A DNA stretch of 64,000 bases from Bdellovibrio sp. (GTDB taxonomy: Bacteria; Bdellovibrionota; Bdellovibrionia; Bdellovibrionales; Bdellovibrionaceae), in the NCBI GenBank assembly GCA_043721535.1, contig JAYSQO010000001.1, positions 19,626 to 83,625 of the forward strand, read 5' to 3'. The position numbers were made by a program, and so were the translations under genes. The notes beneath the pieces were generated by a model. That model was given only the letters and a program-made list of their open reading frames with translations, was not told the DNA's origin and did not search any database. Below are positions 59,235 to 64,000 of the stretch, piece by piece. Position 1 is the stretch's first letter. Each line of letters opens with the position of its first letter.

Positions 59235-59999
59235 ATGTTTAAAAAATATTTACTATTTATGACCGTTTTAGTTTTAACACACACCGCTTCAGCCGAAGTT
59301 TTATTTGAAGGTTATTTTAAGGTTTCACAGTTTAAAAAGCACATTGGCTTTTATATTTTAAAACAAGAAATCGACGCAAAAAATAAACAATTCAAAACAA
59401 CAAGCTTCATGAAGCTGGGTAAAAATGGGTTTGATCTAACTGAATCGCTTCAAGCTATTTCAACAACTGATTTTTTACCCATCAGCTATACGTATTTAGC
59501 GACTGATGGCAAAAAAAGCACATCGATTGATGCCACATTTAAAAATTTAAAAATGACCGGATTTCTGACTGAAAATGGAGAAAAGAAAAAACTAACAGGC
59601 AGTATTCCTAAAGGGTCTTTTTTATCGAGTTCACTTTACTACATGATGCTAAACAGTAAAGATGGTTTAAAAACTGGAGCCACTTTTGAATTTACTGCTG
59701 TCGCTGAAGAACGTGCCGACGCCCTGAAAGGCACAGCCACAGTTGATAAAAAAATGGTTTCAGAAGGAGCGTTGCAATTACTACGTATTAAAAATAATTT
59801 CGCTGGATCTGAATACGAAAATTTAATTACTCCGCGCGGTGAAAATTATTCAGCCAATACACCAGCCACGGGTATTGATACAATCTTAGTTAAAAATTCT
59901 GAAGAAGCTGTTCAAGGCATTAAAGTATCCGCAAGCACTTTAGAGAAAATATTTGGTCAAGTTCCACAGGGTAAAACAAATATCTTACAGCAGAAATAA
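59235..59999 (+). CDS. Secreted hypothetical protein (predicted beta-rich)
   Basis: SD AAGGA, signal peptide MFKKYLLFMTVLVLTHTASA. Confidence 0.85.
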   Translation: MFKKYLLFMTVLVLTHTASAEVLFEGYFKVSQFKKHIGFYILKQEIDAKNKQFKTTSFMKLGKNGFDLTESLQAISTTDFLPISYTYLATDGKKSTSIDATFKNLKMTGFLTENGEKKKLTGSIPKGSFLSSSLYYMMLNSKDGLKTGATFEFTAVAEERADALKGTATVDKKMVSEGALQLLRIKNNFAGSEYENLITPRGENYSANTPATGIDTILVKNSEEAVQGIKVSASTLEKIFGQVPQGKTNILQQK

Positions 60000-60015
60000 C
60001 TGAAGGGTTACATAT

Positions 60016-61131
60016 ATGAAATTAAATGAACTTATCGGCCAACACATGTTAATAGGCGTTTCAGGATTAACTCTGACATCTGACGAGAAAAAATTTATTA
60101 CTGAAAATAATATTTCTGGTGTGGTGCTGTTTTCCAGAAACTTATCCACACCTGAACAAATTCGGGATCTATGTGCAGAAATTCAATCTTTACGTCATAA
60201 GATGGCCTCACGTGCGCCCTTGTTTATCGGCATCGACATGGAAGGCGGACGTGTTCATCGCTTGAAATCTCCGTTCACACAGTGGCCACCACTGAAAACA
60301 ATTGGTGATCTTGATGCACCAACAGTGGCATTTCATTTCGCTCATCAAATGGGTATGGAATTAATGTCCGTAGGAATTAATCTTGATTTTGCACCTTGTA
60401 TTGATGTGTACACTAATCCAAAAAATACTGTCATCGGTGATCGTGCTGTTAGTAGCGATCCCCATCAAGTCGAAAAAATGGCATCAGCTTTAGTGCGTGG
60501 TTATATTAAATCAGGCATTTTATCTTGCGCTAAACATTTCCCCGGGCACGGACACACCATTATTGATTCCCATGAAGAATTACCAATTGAAGAAGCCGAT
60601 ATGAAAAGACTTAACGAAGTCGAACTTGTCCCGTTTAGAAAAGCACTTCGTAGCCGTGTTGATATGGTGATGACAGCCCACATTTTATTTAAATCCGTTG
60701 ATAAAGATTGGCCTGTGACATTATCAGAAATTTTTCTAAAAAAACTATTACGTGATGATTTAAAATACAGAGGCTTAGTCATCACTGATGATTTAGATAT
60801 GAAAGCCATGGCTAAACACTATGATAAAGGTTTTATTCCTGTGCGTTCCCTACAAGCCGGTGCTGATTTATTATTATATTGCAATGAACCTAAATCGCCA
60901 CCTATGGCCATTGAAACAATCATCACTGCTGTAGCCCAAGGTCAACATACTGAAGCCGAACTTAATCACACTTTAGGTCGCATTTTAGACGTTAAAAAAA
61001 TAAAAATGATTTCACCAGACCCGCGCCCAATCAGCGATTCTATGGAAATCATCGGCCACAAAGACCACCAATATATTGCTGACTGTTTACGGAAAGGCAT
61101 TATGCCTGAAGGCTTAGTTGATCAAGCATAG
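60016..61131 (+). CDS. nagZ: Beta-N-acetylhexosaminidase NagZ (GH3)
   Basis: IGIDMEGGRVHRL, KHFPGHG, DSH (catalytic His), VITDDLDM. Confidence 0.95.
   Translation: MKLNELIGQHMLIGVSGLTLTSDEKKFITENNISGVVLFSRNLSTPEQIRDLCAEIQSLRHKMASRAPLFIGIDMEGGRVHRLKSPFTQWPPLKTIGDLDAPTVAFHFAHQMGMELMSVGINLDFAPCIDVYTNPKNTVIGDRAVSSDPHQVEKMASALVRGYIKSGILSCAKHFPGHGHTIIDSHEELPIEEADMKRLNEVELVPFRKALRSRVDMVMTAHILFKSVDKDWPVTLSEIFLKKLLRDDLKYRGLVITDDLDMKAMAKHYDKGFIPVRSLQAGADLLLYCNEPKSPPMAIETIITAVAQGQHTEAELNHTLGRILDVKKIKMISPDPRPISDSMEIIGHKDHQYIADCLRKGIMPEGLVDQA
61093..61128 (+). repeat. nagZ 3' end, left copy of an imperfect 36-bp direct repeat
   Basis: aaaggcattatgcctgaaggcttagttgatcaagca (KGIMPEGLVDQA), 28/36 identical to 62311-62346. 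Confidence 0.85.
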
Positions 61132-61157
61132 GTTAATTTTTTACAAAAAGGAGTTTT

Positions 61158-61850
61158 ATGTTTAAGTTTATTCTGGTGCTAGTTTTCGGATTTTTAAGTT
61201 TTTCATGTGCTACATCTGTCAAGCAAAGACGAATAGCATTTTCTGATGCTATTTCAAGTCGCGCGCCAAGTGGTGGACAAATCATTCAACCTGAAAATTT
61301 ATTAGAATCCCTGCTAGGTCGAAAGCCAATTCAGAATTTAGCTAGTCTTTATCAAGATAAAAATATAACTGATGAAAAAATTAAATTGTTTAAATTTTAT
61401 GCCATGCATCCTATGCTTGGAACAAGTTATGTACCAGTGAAAATAATTAGTGACGAAGGTAACGGCTATTTTGTTCTTGAAAGTTTAATCGATCTTAAAT
61501 TAAAAGCTCACATGGAAATACGTGGTGCGCTAGAATTCGGCACCTTAGAATTTCAAAAAAAATTCAAAGAGCACTATAATAATATTGTTTTTTTAGTTCC
61601 TAATGGGTCTTTCAACAGACCTGACTTTGTAGTTGGTCAAAAAGTCTGCCCAAAAAAAGTTTTCAGGTGTGGTATCATTCTTCGAATTTATTCATCGGGC
61701 GAACTGCATGTTAGTTTAGAAAAGATAAAAATTGACCCTAATGCGACTGAAGACGAAATAATTGCTGCGAAAAATGCACAATTAGTTGATGACTTTATGA
61801 CAATGAATGTAGAAAAAGCTTACGTCGCGCCGATCGAGATGTTTAAGTAA
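61158..61850 (+). CDS. Hypothetical lipoprotein
   Basis: SD AGGAG, lipobox-like FSCA, followed by a RAPS motif. Confidence 0.8.
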   Translation: MFKFILVLVFGFLSFSCATSVKQRRIAFSDAISSRAPSGGQIIQPENLLESLLGRKPIQNLASLYQDKNITDEKIKLFKFYAMHPMLGTSYVPVKIISDEGNGYFVLESLIDLKLKAHMEIRGALEFGTLEFQKKFKEHYNNIVFLVPNGSFNRPDFVVGQKVCPKKVFRCGIILRIYSSGELHVSLEKIKIDPNATEDEIIAAKNAQLVDDFMTMNVEKAYVAPIEMFK

Positions 61851-61868
61851 TGAAATGTTCAACAGGCT

Positions 61869-61918
61869 TTTTTTCTGATCGAATTAGAACATGGAATTTC
61901 AAATTCGATCAGAAAAAA
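61869..61918. terminator. 17-bp perfect inverted repeat, probable bidirectional terminator
   Basis: TTTTTTCTGATCGAATT-N16-AATTCGATCAGAAAAAA between convergent genes. Confidence 0.75.
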
Positions 61919-61931
61919 GTTGTATATCTTT

Positions 61932-62213
61932 TTAGTTAAAACTCTTAGTGCATTTTATATCATCGCAAAAAACCCAACTAACACGAGATGCTAAACATAA
62001 GTTCTGAGCCAAAGCTCTTGAATCACTTTCTGTTCTTCCGTAACCGGTAAAACTACCATCAAATGGTGTTCTGGCTACACAAGTGTATGAAGTTTTTCCT
62101 GTTATTTCTTTAATGACTTCTGCTGCTTGTCTTACTTTTTCTAGCTCCTCTAAAAAGCCAGCATTAGCATTGACTGCAGTTAAAATAATTAGAGCTAGTA
62201 TCATTTTTTTCAT
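61932..62213 (-). CDS. Small secreted protein with four Cys
   Basis: SD AAGGAG, signal peptide (…VNANA), YTC…LC…FC…KC. Confidence 0.8.
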   Translation of the reverse strand: MKKMILALIILTAVNANAGFLEELEKVRQAAEVIKEITGKTSYTCVARTPFDGSFTGYGRTESDSRALAQNLCLASRVSWVFCDDIKCTKSFN

Positions 62214-62310
62214 GAAATTCTCCTTAGTTAATTGTTATTTTCATAACGTTTGTTTAAAGGTAATTTATATCGATAACAAAAGAATAAGAACGTACATATC
62301 TGTACAAAAT

Positions 62311-62346
62311 AAAGGTGTTATACCCGAAGGCCTGGTTGATCAGGCT
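62311..62346 (+). repeat. Displaced second copy of the nagZ 3' end
   Basis: aaaggtgttatacccgaaggcctggttgatcaggct (KGVIPEGLVDQA). Confidence 0.85.
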
Positions 62347-62511
62347 TTGGTATTTTCGAAGATATCAGGCTTATATCATAAATCGCGTAAATTCATAATA
62401 CATGTACTATGAAATGTTCTAGTTACCCATAAGTATATGAAATCTCTGTGCTTTATAGCATTTAAGTAAATTTGATGTACATGTGATCATTTTTACGGTA
62501 AATTAGACCAC

Positions 62512-63648
62512 ATGCACATCAAAAGAACTTTGCAAGCAACTTTAGTTAGAATGAAGAAGAGCGTGCTGCTTCTAGGACCACGTCAAACCGGGAAATCAAC
62601 TTTAATTAAGAAACTCAGTCCTGAGATTATAATTAACTTAGCAGATGAGGCGTTATTTTTAAGAATTTCATCTGACCCTGATTATTTCTTTTCCGTAATA
62701 AAAAATAAAAAAACAGTTTTTGTCGACGAAATTCAAAGAATTCCATCATTATTAAATTCTATACAAAAATTAATTGATGATGAAAAAATAAAATTTTTTC
62801 TGTCTGGTTCAAGTGCCCGTAAACTAAAAAGAGGCCAAGCTAATTTATTGCCAGGTCGAATTCTAAAATATGAACTATCGGGTCTGTCACTTAAAGAACT
62901 AGAATATCCAGAAAATTTGACCAAAGGACTGAGTTATGGATTCCTACCAGAACCATATCTAGAAGAAGACCGTAAGCTTTGCGAGAAATTACTGTCGACT
63001 TATGCACAGGTCTACCTAAAAGAAGAAATTCAATCAGAAGCTCTTACAAGAAATCTTCCGGGATTTATTCGTTTTTTAAATACCATGGCACAAAATTCTG
63101 GACGAATTCTTGATTTTTCAAAGATATCAACAAAATCTAAAGTGTCTAGAACGAGCATCATAAGATTTATTGAAATCCTTGAAGACACTTTAATCGGAAA
63201 CCGCGTCGAATCTTTTTTAGAAGCTGAAGACGCAGATATTATAAAGCATTCTAAATTTTATTTTTTTGACCCTGGAGTTTTAAATGGCTTACTGAATAAT
63301 TTCAATATTTCAGAAGATCGAATAGGTAATCTATTTGAACATTTAGTTTATGCTCAATTAGTAAATTCGGCGAAAGCTGCAGATTTAAATTTAGAGATTT
63401 TTTACTTCAGAACACGTAACGATGTTGAAGTCGACTTTATACTTAAACTTAATGGCAACTACTACGCTGTCGAAGTCAAATCAGGTGAGGTGACTAAAAA
63501 TGATATAAAAAGTTTAAAAAAATTTGAAGCCTATTTTCCGACTGTTAAACAAAGTTATGTCGTATCATTAAAGGAAAAACAAAAAAGGTCTTTAGATAAT
63601 ATCACTGTATGTAATTTAAGTGATTTATTAAAAGACCTGGGTTTGTAA
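62512..63648 (+). CDS. AAA_14/DUF4143 ATPase, copy 4
   Basis: GPRQTGKS, VFVDEIQ, LSGSSARKL, KFYFFDPG, EVDFIL…VEVKS. Confidence 0.92.
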   Translation: MHIKRTLQATLVRMKKSVLLLGPRQTGKSTLIKKLSPEIIINLADEALFLRISSDPDYFFSVIKNKKTVFVDEIQRIPSLLNSIQKLIDDEKIKFFLSGSSARKLKRGQANLLPGRILKYELSGLSLKELEYPENLTKGLSYGFLPEPYLEEDRKLCEKLLSTYAQVYLKEEIQSEALTRNLPGFIRFLNTMAQNSGRILDFSKISTKSKVSRTSIIRFIEILEDTLIGNRVESFLEAEDADIIKHSKFYFFDPGVLNGLLNNFNISEDRIGNLFEHLVYAQLVNSAKAADLNLEIFYFRTRNDVEVDFILKLNGNYYAVEVKSGEVTKNDIKSLKKFEAYFPTVKQSYVVSLKEKQKRSLDNITVCNLSDLLKDLGL

Positions 63649-63652
63649 CTTA

Positions 63653-64000
63653 CTACCCCGCACAAACCTTTTGGTAATAGCTCAGTAAAGCTTTTTCGAT
63701 CATCTCTCGGTCTTCTTCATCTACGATGAATATGGCTAACGGTGAATCCGCTGGCATATCCCTCTGAATGAAAAAAATACCCATCGTGTTCGGTGATACG
63801 AATATTTTCTGAGATGTCATATAAACTAGCTTTTGAATATCTGCAGGAAAATTTGAATCATAAACATCAATTTGGTAATTTCCTAAATGATCTTTTTGAT
63901 AACTTTTAGCAACCACCACATGTTGGCTGGTTTTAAAAGCACGCATATTAACAAGTGTCAGTTTTTTCTGATCAAGGTTCCCAGCAATTTGTCTAAATAG
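63653..64000 (-). CDS. C-terminal part of a protein running off the right edge (possible papain-like fold)
   Basis: The frame is open from 64000 (LFRQIAGNLDQKKLTLVNMRAF…), so the track's ATG at 63946 is probably internal; QHVVVA…VYDSN motif. Confidence 0.7.
   Translation of the reverse strand, partial: LFRQIAGNLDQKKLTLVNMRAFKTSQHVVVAKSYQKDHLGNYQIDVYDSNFPADIQKLVYMTSQKIFVSPNTMGIFFIQRDMPADSPLAIFIVDEEDREMIEKALLSYYQKVCAG

Noticed and set aside
62083-62412. 109-aa plus-strand ORF containing KGVIPEGLVDQA
   Set aside because: It overlaps the 61932-62213 gene antisense and its start is implausible. Only the nagZ-like relic is meaningful, and that is reported as a repeat.
800-62510. Apparent enrichment of TTAGTC/TAGAC words in intergenic regions as a novel repeat family
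   Set aside because: I could not quantify it, and several cases are explained as TAnnnT -10 boxes or as parts of the IscR-like site.
5055-63000. Many short ORF-track entries antisense or out of frame inside real genes (e.g. 5055-5246, 5962-6351, 17369-17860, 26864-27223, 46154-46531, 51325-51747, 55254-55589)
   Set aside because: They are fully nested in well-supported genes, show no motifs and are expected as shadow ORFs.
1-64000. tRNA, rRNA, IS elements, integrases, prophage genes
   Set aside because: No cloverleaf, rRNA-like tract, DDE or tyrosine/serine recombinase motif or phage structural gene was recognised. Intergenic gaps are mostly too short to hide them.

Overview
AT-rich bacterial chromosome segment. 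The gene content and style (secreted Cys/Ser-rich hypotheticals, a TadG-like pseudopilin, FliA- and sigma54-type promoters) suggest a predatory Bdellovibrionota; this taxon call is inference. The housekeeping backbone is rrf2-sufB (partial), tolQRAB, two cyclophilins, a TolC-family protein, PAP2-epimerase-mtgA, typA, dusB, a nitroreductase, a coupled aminotransferase-M20-astA-astD-mltG-hydrolase operon, bamD, hpt, PBP1A, uvrA, an MsbA-like ABC transporter, a PocR-sigma54 activator and the peptidoglycan salvage genes amgK, murU, anmK and nagZ. Small accessory cassettes are inserted between these genes: four AAA_14/DUF4143 genes (one internally deleted), two divergent hipBA modules each with three regularly spaced palindromic operators, a nucleotidyltransferase gene pair, and a two-gene islet bracketed by a duplicated nagZ 3' end. 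The most striking unexplained signal is a 24-aa segment (18/24 identical, with synonymous divergence) shared by the orphan TadG-like protein and an unrelated-looking 770-aa secreted protein 2 kb away. I saw no rRNA, tRNA, CRISPR array, integrase or transposase.
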